Shown one piece after another: positions 33,771 to 45,797 of a stretch of DNA of 64,000 nucleotides. The notes beneath the pieces are model-generated. The model did no database searches. It was not told the DNA's origin and was given only the letters and a program-made list of their open reading frames with translations. Origin of the DNA: Emiliania huxleyi CCMP1516 (Eukaryota); contig NW_005202428.1 in the NCBI RefSeq assembly GCF_000372725.1, positions 1,225,331 through 1,289,330 of the forward strand. Reading direction: 5' to 3'. The position numbers were made by a program, and so were the translations under genes. The stretch's first letter is position 1. Each line of letters starts with the position of its first letter.

Positions 33771-35298
33771 ATGGACAAGGCAGGCACCGCCTCCAAGGCA
33801 GGCACCGCCTCCAAGGCAGGCACCGCCTCCAAGGCAGGCGCCTCCAAGGTGGGCTCCTCCTCCGCGTCCGCCGCCGACGGCAAGTCGATGCACGCCATGT
33901 CGCACGCGATCGGCATCGCCATCGCGCGGCTCGACAACCAGGCGACGGTGGCCGACGTGTCTGCCTACGCCGAGGAGGCGCGCACGAATGCCGCGGCAGC
34001 GCGCGCGCGCCGGGCCGCCCCTCCAGCGTGCCCGCCCGCCTCCGCCGCAGGCGCGCGTGTGCCTCGGCCTCGACACGGAGATCCTCGCGGCGGCGATGAT
34101 GATCGCTCAGATGCTCATCATGGAGCACTCGCTCGCTTGGCGCGCGCCGGCACCCTGCCCGCCCGCGGCCCTTTCCCCCGCGCCACCAGCCCGCCTCGCG
34201 CGCGCGCAGGCACGCCTCGCTCACCATCGGCTACTCGACCGGCGCCAAGCTGCTCTGCGACGACCGCTTCTTTCTCGCAGACATCTGCGACTACCTCACC
34301 GACGCGTACTCGCTCGACCAGCTCAAGGCGAGCGACTCCGCGCGAGAGCGCACACGCGCGCACACGCGCGCGCGCGCGAGCACACGTCAACAGCGAATGC
34401 GCACGCACGCACGCACACGCACACAAACCCACACGCACGCGCAAACCCGCACGACACAGACCACGCCTCGGCGTGTTCGCCGGGGGGCCTTCCCACCGAC
34501 CCTCGCCCCGCCGACCCCCGCCCCGCAGGCGGGCGAGAAGCTCGCCCTCTCCGACCCCGACCGCCTCATCGGGGCGCAAGAGCGCGTCCGCATCTTTCGG
34601 AACGAGCTCATCCAGGCGCCAGACAGCTCCCACACACCTCCCACACACCTCCCACACACCTCCCACACACCTCCCACACACCTCCCCACACCTCCCCCAC
34701 ACCGCCCACACACCTCCCACACACCTCCCACACACCTCCCACACACCGCCCACCCCCCTTTCCACACCTCCCACACACCTCGGAGACCACCTCCCCATCG
34801 AGCGGGCCGGCGAGACTCTCGCCAACTGCCCTCGCCGCTGCTTGCCCTCACTCCCCCCCCTGCTGCTGCTGCAGCTCCTCGTCGCAAACATCGGCGGCCT
34901 CCCGGACAACCTCGGCGTCGCGCCGTCGGACAACTTCCACGTCCTCATCGTCGACGACTCGCCGATCGTGCGCGCGCTCCACCTCAACTTGGTAAAGACG
35001 TGTGCGCCGGGCGCGACGGTGCACGCAGTCGACAAGGTCGCCCGCCCCCGCCCCCGCCCCTCCGCCCCGCCGCCCCCGCCCCTCCCTCCCCCCCGCCTCC
35101 CCCGCCCCTCCGCTCCTCCTCCCGCCCCGTCGCCCCCGCCCCTACCCTCCTCCCCGTCGCCTCCTCCTCCCGCCCTCGCCCCTAGCCTCCTCCCCTCCAC
35201 TCCTCCTCGTCGCCCCCGACTCCACCTCGGCTCCCACCTCGGCTCCGCCTCGGCTCCGCCTCGCCAGGTCGAGCTCGCAATCCAGTACGTCGACCGGA
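33771..35298 (+). CDS. Cyclin-box-like (cyclin Y/Pcl-type) plus response-regulator receiver protein, truncated by an assembly gap
   Basis: In-frame exons 33771-33977, 34051-34139, 34210-34327, 34529-34615, 34875-35036 and 35268-gap give ...ARVCLGLDTEILAAAMMIAQMLIMEHSLAWHASLTIGYSTGAKLLCDDRFFLADICDYLTDAYSLDQLKAGEKLAL... then FHVLIVDDSPIVRALHLNLVK. Confidence 0.7.
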
Positions 35299-35418
35299 NN
35301 NNNNNNNNNNNNNNNNNNNNNNNNNNNNNNNNNNNNNNNNNNNNNNNNNNNNNNNNNNNNNNNNNNNNNNNNNNNNNNNNNNNNNNNNNNNNNNNNNNNN
35401 NNNNNNNNNNNNNNNNNN

Positions 35419-35808
35419 CTCCCTCCGCAGGTCAAGGACGAGCTGCCCGAGTTCGAGATGACCGCTGAGTACCTCGACCCGGCCGCAAAGTACGTCTTCA
35501 AGTATGGCGTTGGCTACTCGGTCTTCCTCATCTTCGTCTGGCCGCTCGCCGTCATCGCGTGGGGCGTCTTCGACAAGGCCAACTACACGCTCTGGGCCTC
35601 GGTCGCCTACTGCTGGGGCTACATCGGCTCGCTCGTCATCGTCGTGCTGCCCGTCTACGAGTCGTGGGGCTCGCTCCAGAATGTGCTGACCTGCACCAAG
35701 CCTGCGCCGGAGGCCAAGGAGTGAAGCGTCGGCCAATATTCGCTACGCGCCCCCCCCCCCCCCCCCCCGCGCCCGCAAGCGGGGCGGCGTGCCTTGCCCC
35801 CCTGGGCG
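35419..35808 (+). other. Duplicate of the DUR3 last exon and 3' flank next to a gap (paralog, allele or assembly artefact)
   Basis: Near-identical to ~40760-41141 ([14 protein letters not shown]...KPAPEAKE*); differs at SLQNV versus SLSNV. Confidence 0.85.
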
Positions 35809-36997
35809 CCCGGTGTGCACTCGCCCACGGAGGCGTCAATGCTCGCGATTTGAATGCCGGCGCAGTCGAGCGTCGGGTAGTCGTAAGAGAAGTAATAGGA
35901 GAGGAGTGTGGTGCTAACCGTCGCCCACCCTTGGGCGTCTGCCTCTTCCTATCTGCGCGCAGGGTGGCAGAGCCTGCGGCTGTCGTGAAACAGAATGACA
36001 GCTAACTGTAACTCGAGAGTAACTGCGATTCGTCCGCTCTGCACTTCACACTGTGGGGCATCAAGCAAGGGTTGTGGCCAACTTCAATACCAACCGGGTT
36101 CCCACCAGCCAAAGCGTCGCTCCGAGTCGGTGGTCGTTGTGCTTGTGCGTTGTGGTTGAGCCGGAGCGCCAGTTCGAGCCGTCTCCGGGGCGGGACGGAG
36201 AGGGCATCGGCCGATGGGTCTGGCGGCTGTTCAACTACACATCGTTCGGGAGACGATTCGACGACTGGCGAGGGGTCCCATAAAGATGAGCTGGGCGTGG
36301 TTTGTGGTGGGCCTCTTCCTGTGGGTGGCATGTTGGGAGAGATTTTTAGCAATACCTTTATGTGATGTTACAGGTGGGTTAAGAGGGAGATGTGCGCGAG
36401 CTGCGGGACCGCCGGGACGGCGGGCGGGTGATTGCGACTCGCCGCCACTTTTGGCGACTTTTGGGACGCGCGTCGATTTCGGCATGGCAGGCGAGGGTGT
36501 CACGGCCATGATCGTGGCTGCTGACGCCGGCGACAACCCGCTGGCGGACCGCCGCGAGGACCGGAAGGCGGCGGCAGAGCGGGAGAGGAAGGCCAAGGTG
36601 GCGAAGGTCGCCTCGCAGGCGACGAACGCGATGGCGGCAGTGCGGGCGCAGCTCGATTTGCGGGAGAAGGGGGCAGCAGACAAGGCGGCGAACAAAGCCA
36701 ACGACGACGCGGGGGCGCCGGTGAGGGCGTCGTCTACGATGCTCGAACGAGTGTTCGCTGCCCGCCTCGACGGTCCGGACAAATACGTTGTGGCTCGACG
36801 AAAGGAGCGAAAGACGGCTGCCGGGGCTGGCACTGCTGCCGATTTGGCGGCGGGTTTGGAGAAGATGACGGACTCCGTCGTCAAGATGGCGAGGAGAGAC
36901 GGCGCCGACGGCAACACGGTGACTGCGGAGCACAAGGCGCTGCTGGATGACGTGGCGGTGGAGCAGGGTCGCAAGGCGATTGTGGCGAGGGCGGCAT

Positions 36998-38230
36998 CAA
37001 TACCAAACAACTCCAACACTCACACGTCATTTGGGGCCTGGAGCCCTTATCACGCGCGCGCGAGACGTGCAGACAGGGTTGCCAGGTGAGAACGAATGGC
37101 GCGGTTCACGCCTCGCACAACAGAGAGAGAGATGCGCTCTGCATGGTGGGACATAAAAGAGAGCGAGTACTTAGGCGAGTAGGCCGTGCGGTCAACGCTG
37201 CCGCGCGCGACTTTGCGCGCGAGGCGGCGCAGCTTGAGAACGGCGGTGGGCGAGAAGCCGCCGCCGAACGTCTCGTGGAGCAGCAGGTTGAATGAAGTTG
37301 TTGCGCTTGACAAAGATCGCGTCGTGGTAGAAACCGCGATGCGCCTTGACGTAGCCGTGGCCGGTCTTGTGGGAGTCAAGGGTTGGGAGAGAGAGACCGG
37401 GCTGCCCGCGCGCCTTGCAGCCCATGTTCAGGCGGCGGGCCTTCTCTTCGGTGTTGCCAAAGGCGTAGGAGTGGCCAACGGAGGCGGGCGTGCCGCCACT
37501 CGAGGCGTTGCCAACGCCCGGCGAGGAGGTCTTGAGGAGGGGCGTCCAGAGCTTGACTTCATTCACCTCATCGCATCCTCCCGGGCCAGCGTGGGGTTCC
37601 GCGAGGTCGACCTTGTACCCCTCGTTGTACTGCCGGGTGAGCTCTGGTTTCTCCTTGTCACCGTGCACGACCGGCGCGTTGGCCGGGGCGCGCATCGCGT
37701 CCGCCCAGGCGGCGAGGACGCCGTCGTGGGGCCGCCGGTGGTGGGCCTTGTTGTAAAGGTAGTCGCCGAAGAAATCGACTGGCATGCCCCGCTCGAGCGC
37801 GACCCGAAGGGTGGGAAGCGCCGCGGAGAGCCAAAGGCCGAGCTTCCGCTGGAGCTCGTCCTGGAGGGTGTCGGAGGAGAGGGCGGTGGCGTACGTACCG
37901 TCGACACGGACATCGAAGGCCTTGCCGGCGAAAGGCGTTGAGGCGGAGACGAAGCGCGCGGCTTCGCGGTTGTTGACGGCGCTGTCTCCGAGGGACGGGT
38001 TGTTCTTGACGTGCACATCCTGCGCCTTGACGAGCTCCTGGTGCGCGAACCAGTCCTTGTGATTCTTGATGGCAGCGAGCGCCCGTGGCCGCGGGTACGT
38101 GGATTTGCAAGTGCCATTGAGAATCGCGTCGGTAGCTGGAAGGGACTCGGGCTCGGGGAGCGGGACGCTCTTGGGGTAGAACTCAGTCAGGTAGCCGCCG
38201 CGGACGGTGTACTCGAGTAGTACTTGTTTT
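36998..38230 (-). mobile_element. 5'-truncated, frameshifted non-LTR retrotransposon of the restriction-like endonuclease (CRE/R2-like) group
   Basis: ORFs 37192..38256 and 37050..37379 give RRPHD...VDL...EVK...TEEK...Y.../LLHETFGGGFS...LRRLARK...SFMSHHAERISLSVVRGVNRAI, typical of the RLE C-terminus. No RT core is present. The 3' ~180 bp is repeated at 46749-46933. Confidence 0.7.
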
Positions 38231-38677
38231 TGTCGCGGGCGGTGCGCTTCTCGCACACCTCCTTTTGTTTGTATGTTGGCCGTACCTGTGTCGCCAATCA
38301 GCCGACGCTCGCCCCCGACGCACGTACTCTCTGTGGCTTAGTAAGGTAAGGGAAGGTAAGGACAGATAACGGTCAACTCTCAGGGAGCAAGGTGCCAAGA
38401 ATAAGAAAAAAACAAAACCGGCGTGTTTGGCGACAAACCGCGGGCAGGATCCTGTTCCCCCAACCTAGACACTGCTTTGAAGGTGCCGCTCCCTTCTGCC
38501 GCGCCCTTCTGCCCGCCCTCCGGAGCCGGGGCGCCACCCCGCGACCCCCTGCGCCGCCTCCCACGGCCCTCAGGGCCCACATACTCGACGCTCGCGCCGC
38601 GCCCCCCGCCGCTCGCCGCGCCCCGGCTCGCGCCGACGCCGCGCTGACCACCTACCTCCTCCCTCGCCCTCGCAGCC

Positions 38678-41065
38678 ATGGCGTGCCAAGCTCGCCTCGA
38701 CACCGTGCCCTACGTCGGGCTCCCCAACGTCCCCTACTCCCAGTGCGAGGAGTGGTGCAAAGCCGGCACCGCCCTGGTGCGCACGCCCGCCGCCCGGGCC
38801 CTGACGCGCCCTGACTCTGCCTGCGCACTCCCTGCGCTCGCCTGTCCGATCCGCCCCCGCCGCAGCCCCTCCTCCCTGCGCCCGCCCGCCNNNNNNNNNN
38901 NNNNNNNNNNNNNNNNNNNNNNNNNNNNNNNNNNNNNNNNNNNNNNNNNNNNNNNNNNNNNNNNNNNNNNNNNNNNNNNNNNNNNNNNNNNNNNNNNNNN
39001 NNNNNNNNNNNNNNNNNNNNNNNNNNNNNNNNNNNNNNNNNNNNNNNNNNNNNNNNNNNNNNNNNNNNNNNNNNNNNNNNNNNNNNNNNNNNNNNNNNNN
39101 NNNNNNNCCTTGCCTCCTACATCCACACTCGGGTCATCATGATCTGCCTCGTCGTCTTCATCAGGTGGGCCCCCCCCCCACCCACCACCACCACCCCACC
39201 CACACACCCACACACACACACCCCTTTCCCCCTTCCCCCCTCCTCCTCACCCCCCCCCCCGCCCCCCCCAACCGCAGCTATGTCTACGCCGTGCCGGGCG
39301 ACATCGAGTGCACGTCCGCAACGGAGAAGCAGTGCAACGCGCTCGGCTCGGCGGCGCTGCTGTGGGAGCGCCTCCGCTTCCTCAACTACCTCCCGTCCAA
39401 GACCGACCAGGGTATCCCCGTCAACTCCACGTACACCATGCCGTTCCCAGATGGCGCCTACGTGCCGACCGCGGACAATCCGGGACCCGGCGCTTGGGAG
39501 TCGCTCGTGTACGTCAAGGAGGACTACCACCACGGCCCCGTCAACGGCAACCGCGGCGGCTCGTACCTCACCATGCTCTCCGAGGGCGGCCTCAGCTTCG
39601 GCGTCGTCAACATCGTCGGCAACTTCGGCACCGTCTTCGTCGACCAGTCCTACTGGCAGTCCGCCATCGCCGCGCGCCCCTCGTCTGCGCACCGCGGCTA
39701 CCTGCTCGGAGGCCTCGTCTGGTTCACCATCCCCATGTCGCTCGCCACCGCGCTCGGCCTCTCGTCGCTCGCGCTCAACGTCAAGATGCCCGCGGCAGAG
39801 GCCGGCGCCGGCCTCGCGCCACCCGCGGCCGCCATCGTCCTGCTCGGCCAGGGCGGCGGCATCATGATCATCATCATGCTCTTCATGGCGCGCGCTTCGA
39901 CCCATCCATGCCCCCTCTTCCCCCTTCGCCCTCCCCCACACCGCCCCGCCTCGCCGCGCAGGCCATCACCTCGACCGGCTCCGCCGAGTGCATCGCCGTC
40001 GCCTCCCTCTTCGCGTACGACATCTACCGCAAGTACATCAAGCCCGACTGCACCGGCGCCGAGCTCCTCAAGGTCTCGCGCCTCGTCGTCGTCGGCTACG
40101 GCATCGTCTGCGGCCTCTTCGGCTACTTCCTCTACGGCGTGGGCGTCGGCCTCGGCTGGGTGTACTGCTTCATGGGCAACCCCGCCGTGCCACCCCTCCG
40201 CCGGACCCGCCCTCTCGCCCCTTTGACCCGCGGTTTATGCCCCCCCCCCCCCACAGGCACCATGATCGGCTCCGCCGTCATCCCCGTCTCGTGCTGCCTC
40301 TGCACGCGCTACATGACTGCCAACGGCGCCATGGCGGGCGCCTGGCTCGGCCAGATCCTCGCCCTCGTCTCGTGGATGGCGGTCGCCGCCTCGCGCTGCA
40401 CCGACGGCTCCGACCCCGACGATTTCGTTGCGTCGGACGACTACCCGACGTGCGAGACGGGCTCGCTCGACGTGAACACCCTCGGCAACATCAACGCGCA
40501 AACCACCGGCTCCATCGTCGCGCTCTGCGTCTCGGGCATCATCGCCTTCGTCGTCGCGGCCATCGAGTACAAGTCGGGCAAGGAAACGCCCTTCGAGTGG
40601 GAGACGATGCGCGAGGGCATCAAGCGCGTCGAGCAGGCGCCCCGCACACCCCTCTCTTCCGTTCGCTTCCCGCCGACGCCCGTGCAACCCCGCCCAGCGC
40701 CGGCGCAGGCCCCTCAGCACAGAGCCGCCTCTCACACCCCTCCCCCGCCGCGCCTCTCCCTCCCTCCGCAGGTCAAGGACGAGCTGCCCGAGTTCGAGAT
40801 GACCGCTGAGTACCTCGACCCGGCCGCAAAGTACGTCTTCAAGTATGGCGTTGGCTACTCGGTCTTCCTCATCTTCGTCTGGCCGCTCGCCGTCATCGCG
40901 TGGGGCGTCTTCGACAAGGCCAACTACACGCTCTGGGCCTCGGTCGCCTACTGCTGGGGCTACATCGGCTCGCTCGTCATCGTCGTGCTGCCCGTCTACG
41001 AGTCGTGGGGCTCGCTCTCGAATGTGCTGACCTGCACCAAGCCTGCGCCGGAGGCCAAGGAGTGA
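38678..41065 (+). CDS. DUR3: Urea active transporter (sodium:solute symporter family), multi-exon, interrupted by a gap
   Basis: [89 protein letters not shown]. Confidence 0.93.
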
Positions 41066-41521
41066 AGCGTCGGCCAATATTCGCTACGCGCCCCCCCCCG
41101 GCGCCCGCAAGCGGGGCGGCGTGCCTTGCCCCCCTGGGCGCGCTGCCTGGAGCTGTGTGGGGGGTGTGTGTTGCGTGCGGGGGTATGGCTGGGCGCCTGT
41201 GCGACGCGCCGGAGCGCCCACTGGCCCAGCGCAAGCGGGGTCGTGTGTACAGTTGGAAGCTGCGGGACGTGAGATGTGTTGTACACTTTGCTGGCATAAA
41301 ACTCTGTGAACACCCACAAGTGCCACAAGAAAACGAGGTTAGAGACGACCGGACCCGGACGGCAGAGTCGTGTACACTGTACTCGCTCGACCCTCGACCG
41401 CGGCGTGGGGGGCCAGCGGCCAGCCCGCTCCGCACATGAAAATGAACATGCACACTATGCCGACAATGCGGCCCCTCCCCCCCCCCCCCCCCACCCACCG
41501 CCTTATCCGAGCGCCGCCCAG

Positions 41522-44500
41522 TCAGGCGCCCTTGACCATCTCGAGGAACTCGGCGACCAGCCGCTGCAGCTGTCGGTTCGTCGCGAGCGCGGGCAGGACG
41601 GAGCCCCGCAGCAGCTCGCGCTTGCTCAGCCCCGCGACCTGGCGTCGAGAGGGGGCGGGGAGCGGGCTCAGGCAAGACGCGGCGACGGCTCGGGATGGGC
41701 CGGGGCGAGAGAGAGAGGGAGAGAGAGAGAGAGAGAGGGCCCGATGTCTGGCACGCCTGCGCATCCCACCCGCCGTCGCCGCCCACGCCGCTGTCGGCCG
41801 GCGCCAGCGCGAGCGGGCCGAGCAGCTCGCTGCACAGCTCCTCGACGCGCGCCTGGTCGGCGGGCGGCTGCGCGAGGCACTGGGCGTACAGCCTCAGCCA
41901 TCGGGCGTACTCTTGCCCGTCGCCTAGCGCAGCGGCCGCCGCCACCCTACATGGGGGCGATCCACCTCCAAAGTGAGCCAGCCCCGCGCCGCGCCCGAGT
42001 GCAAAGCGGCGGGCGCGGGCGCGCGCGCGCGCGGCGCGCCGGTGCTCGATGTGGGCGGTGGTGACGAGCCGCTGGCGCTCGCTCGGCATCGAAGCGAGGC
42101 GGGCCGCCGCCGCGGCGGGCCCCTCCCCTCCCCCCCCGCCCGCGAGGGGCGGGTGGACCAGCGCAGAAGCGTAGGTGGAGCCGCTAAAGGGACCGTCGGC
42201 GAGAGCGGCCCACGCCGCGAGGTCGCGCCGCCACGCAAACGAACCCGTCGAGAGGGTGAGCAGTGGAGAGCCGTCCGGCAGCAGCGACGCGTGCCGCAGC
42301 GCCACCGCGCCCCCCTCGCCCGCGGCGCGGCGCAACAGCGGCGCCGCAGACGCGCTGAGCACGCAACTGGGCGCAGAAGGGACTCCGCCCCAGACCACAA
42401 CCTACGGGGCACCGGATCTCTCCGCCTGACCCGCAGCCCGCGCGACGCCTCTCCGTGCCACTCAGCCGCAACCTCGCCCTCGGCGCCGACGAGGAGGAGC
42501 GACTCGCCTACGGGACATGTCCCGGATGTGTCGTGGACATGTCCTCGCAAACGCCAACATACGGGGAGCGGGGAACGCGCGCCGCCGGGCGAGGCGTGCA
42601 GCGCCGCCGCCGCTGCCACCGCGTGGATGGGTGGCGCCGCGCGCCGGCCGGCGGCGGTGAGCAGCACGACCGAGCCGTCCTCGCAAGCGGCGGCACACCA
42701 GCCCGCGCCCGCGCTGCCGGCGAGCAGCACCGCCGGCGAGGTGAGCGCCGCGGACCAAGCGCGCTCTCCGTCGCGCGAGCAGACGAGAGTGCCCCCGCGC
42801 AGGCTGCCTCCGCCCTGGCTGCCTCCGCCCTGGCTGCCCCCGCCCTGGCTGCCCCCGCCCTGGCTGCCCCCGCCCGTCGCCTCGAGCACGGCGTGCCCGC
42901 CGTCGGCGCCGAACGCGCCCGGCGGCGCGGCGGAGGGGAGGGAGCGCACCACCCTCCCGCTGGCCGTCGCCGGCGCCAGCAGCCATCGGCGCGCCCTGTC
43001 CCGGCCGCCGGCAGCCTCACCGCCGCCGCCGTCTGCGCCGCCGCTCGACGCGCCGTTGGGCCGCTCCACCCGCTGCCGCTTCGAGGCTGCTGCGGCGGCG
43101 GCGGCCGCCGCGCGCTCCGCCGAGGCGGCGGCGGAGGAGGCCGCCGGGAGGGCGGGTCGCTGCGGGTGCGCCGCCGGTCGAGGAGGGGCGGGGTTGAGGG
43201 CTGCGGCGAGGGCGGCGCCGCCGGCCGCGCCACCGACGCCGTTGGCCATCCCTCTGCTCGCGCCGCGCGCCAGACCACACAGACCGCCCCCGCCCGGAAG
43301 CGCAGGTGGCGCCCACGGCGGCGGCGCCGCCGCCGCCGCCGCCGCCGAGTCTTTGTGGCTTGGGCCGGCGGCCTCACCCGCGGGCGACGGCTCCGGCGCG
43401 GGCGGGTCGATTGCGACGGGCGTGATGCGGCGCCGTCCGTCCTTTGTCTTTGTCTCTCGCTGCAGCCGCAACACCTGCTCGGGCGAGGGGCCCGCCGCGC
43501 CCGCCGCCGCGCCCGCCGCCGCGCCGTCAGCCATCGAAGGCGGCGGCGTTGCGGGCGCGGCGGTGGGCGTGCCGCCGCCGCCGCCACGAGAAGGCGGCGG
43601 CGGCGGCGTGGGCGGCGGGACGGCGGGGCCAGCTGCGGCACGCCTCGGCGCGGGCGGCGGCGGCTGGGCCGCGGCGGCCTCGAGGGCGAGCAAGTCTGCA
43701 GAGAGAGGGAGGTCCGCCGCGCCGGCGGCGGCGGCGGCGCCGTAGAGCTGGGAGAGGCGTGCGGCCTGCTCTGCGGGCGGGAGGGGCGTGCCGACCTCGT
43801 GCGGCTCGATCTGGATGGCGGCGACGGAGCCGTCCATCGAGCAGCAGAGCAGGGTGGAGCCTAGTGGGAGGGGGCGGGTGCAGTGTGAGGAGACGCCACT
43901 CCGGCGCGGGCGGAGTCCTCCTCCCCGCCGCTGCCGTCCGCCGCCCAGGAGAGGTCGAGCACGTCCTCCTGCGGGGGCGTGCGGTGACGCGGTGGTGTGC
44001 GGTGTTTTGCGGTGACAGCGCGGTGGATCGGTGGTGTGCGGTGGTGAGTGTCTGCGCCTTGAAGAGGTCCCGCACAACCACGAGCGCCTTTGGCTGGCAC
44101 GTGACCCAGACCTGCGCCAAGGCCGCAGCCAGAGTCAGCCAGGGTCAGCCAGAGTCAGCCAGAGTCGGGGCGTGAGAACGTGTCTCGTTAGAGTGTACTC
44201 AAGCACCGCGTGAATACGAGGGCTATAGTACCGCTCTCCTGAATATGGCTGAACACAGCGGAATACAGGCGAGTCTCTGTCCCCTCTCGAGTGGCTGCGC
44301 ATCTACACGCCCTCGCACAGAGACGACGCAGTCTTGCCCGCCCAGCGCACAGACAGAGTAGGCGGCGGAGGCGGCCCCGCCGCCGTCGCCTGTGGAGGAT
44401 GGACTCGGTGGTCAAGGAATGAGTACGAGTAAGACTCGCAGTGAATGAAGAGAGGAGGCTCGCGGAGCAGGGGTGCCTGCCGCCGCCTCGGCCGCCGCCG

Positions 44501-45561
44501 CCGGCCCGCGCGTGAAGATGCGGGGCGAGAAGGCGCCGACGACGACGGGCGCCTTGTGGCCCACAAAGTCGCACTCTTGCCTCCACTGCGACGTGTCGGT
44601 GCCGGTCGGGCGGCGCAGCACGACGGCGATGTGGGCGGGCTTCTTGTACGCGTGGGGCGCGCAGACGAACTGGCCGTCGGGCGACCAGCTCAGCCGGCGG
44701 AAGAGCGTCTTTTGCGACGTTCGCAGGAATGGCTCCTCGATGCGGCCTGCGCAAGACGAATCTGATGATGACGATGGTGATGACGAGAATCACATGTGGG
44801 TAGTCATGGTTGGAAGGGCTGCTCGACGCGCGTGGAGCACACTGTCCTCTCGAGTGCCAGTCGGGGTGCAAGCCATGCCTCCTCCTCTACCAGCAGCGAG
44901 CGCCTGCCAGGCTCCACTCGCGGCTCTCCCACACGAGCACGGCGCGGTCGTCGCCCTGCGAGGCGATGTAGCGGCCGACCGGGTCCCACCCCACCCCCTT
45001 GGCCATCCCGTGGTGCCCCTGCAGCACCGCAACCTGCTGCTGCGCCCCGCCGAGCTGCGCGCCTCCGCCCGCCGCCGCGCCCGCCGCCTCCCACACGCGC
45101 ACCGTGTTGTCGAGCGAGACGGAGGCGAGACGGTGGCCGGCCGGCGCCCACGCGAGGTCGACCACGTCGCCCGCGTGCCCCGTGAGCGTCAGCACGCAGC
45201 GCCACCGCTCGGCCGACGGCGGCGCTCGCGAGCCAAAGGGAGCGCTCGCGCCCGCCTCGCCAGCGGCCGCCTGCCGCCAGAGCATGACGAGGTGGTCGTC
45301 GGAGCCCGAGGCGAGGAGCAGGCCGTCGGCGGACCACCGCACGCAGTTGACCGCGCCGTGGTGCCCGTCCAGCGTCGCGAGCAGCCGCGGCTCCGCCTCG
45401 TCCGCCTCGGCCGCGCGGTCCACGACAGGCCGCATCGCCCAGAGCTTGATGAGGTGATCCTGCCCCGCCGTCGCGAAGCGCGAGCCGTCGGGGTGCACGT
45501 GGATCGAAAAGATGGGCTGGGAGTCGTGGTCGACCCACGCCGGCTTCATGATCTGCACCAT
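41522..45561 (-). CDS. HIRA: Histone H3.3 chaperone HIRA, multi-exon
   Basis: N-terminal WD40 KPAWVDHDSQPIFSIHVHPDGSRFATAG, WDPVGRYIASQGDD, FRRLSWSPDG; B-domain TKDGRRRITP; C-terminal TTAHIE...EYARWLRLYAQ...ELCSELLGP. Confidence 0.95.
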
Positions 45562-45797
45562 TGGCTGCACGATTAAAAAGAAATCTGGCCGCGTCTCCCC
45601 CATCTCGTCTGCCTTGGCTATGGGCCCTCCGGAGAAACGCGACCTTTGAACGTGTGGGCGGCAGCTGTCTGTTTACAGGCGCTGGCCGCCCGCGCGCGCG
45701 CCGGACCGGCTCCGGCACGTCAGGCGCTGGGCGGCGCGCGTCCACACTGCGCGTCGCGCAAAAGGCGAGCGCTCGCCGCCGCTACGGCGGCGGCGGC

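Noticed and set aside
28729..45561. Functional chromatin gene cluster (SET protein, HIRA)
   Set aside because: The genes are separated by unrelated genes and repeats; co-location in a gene-dense eukaryote is unremarkable.
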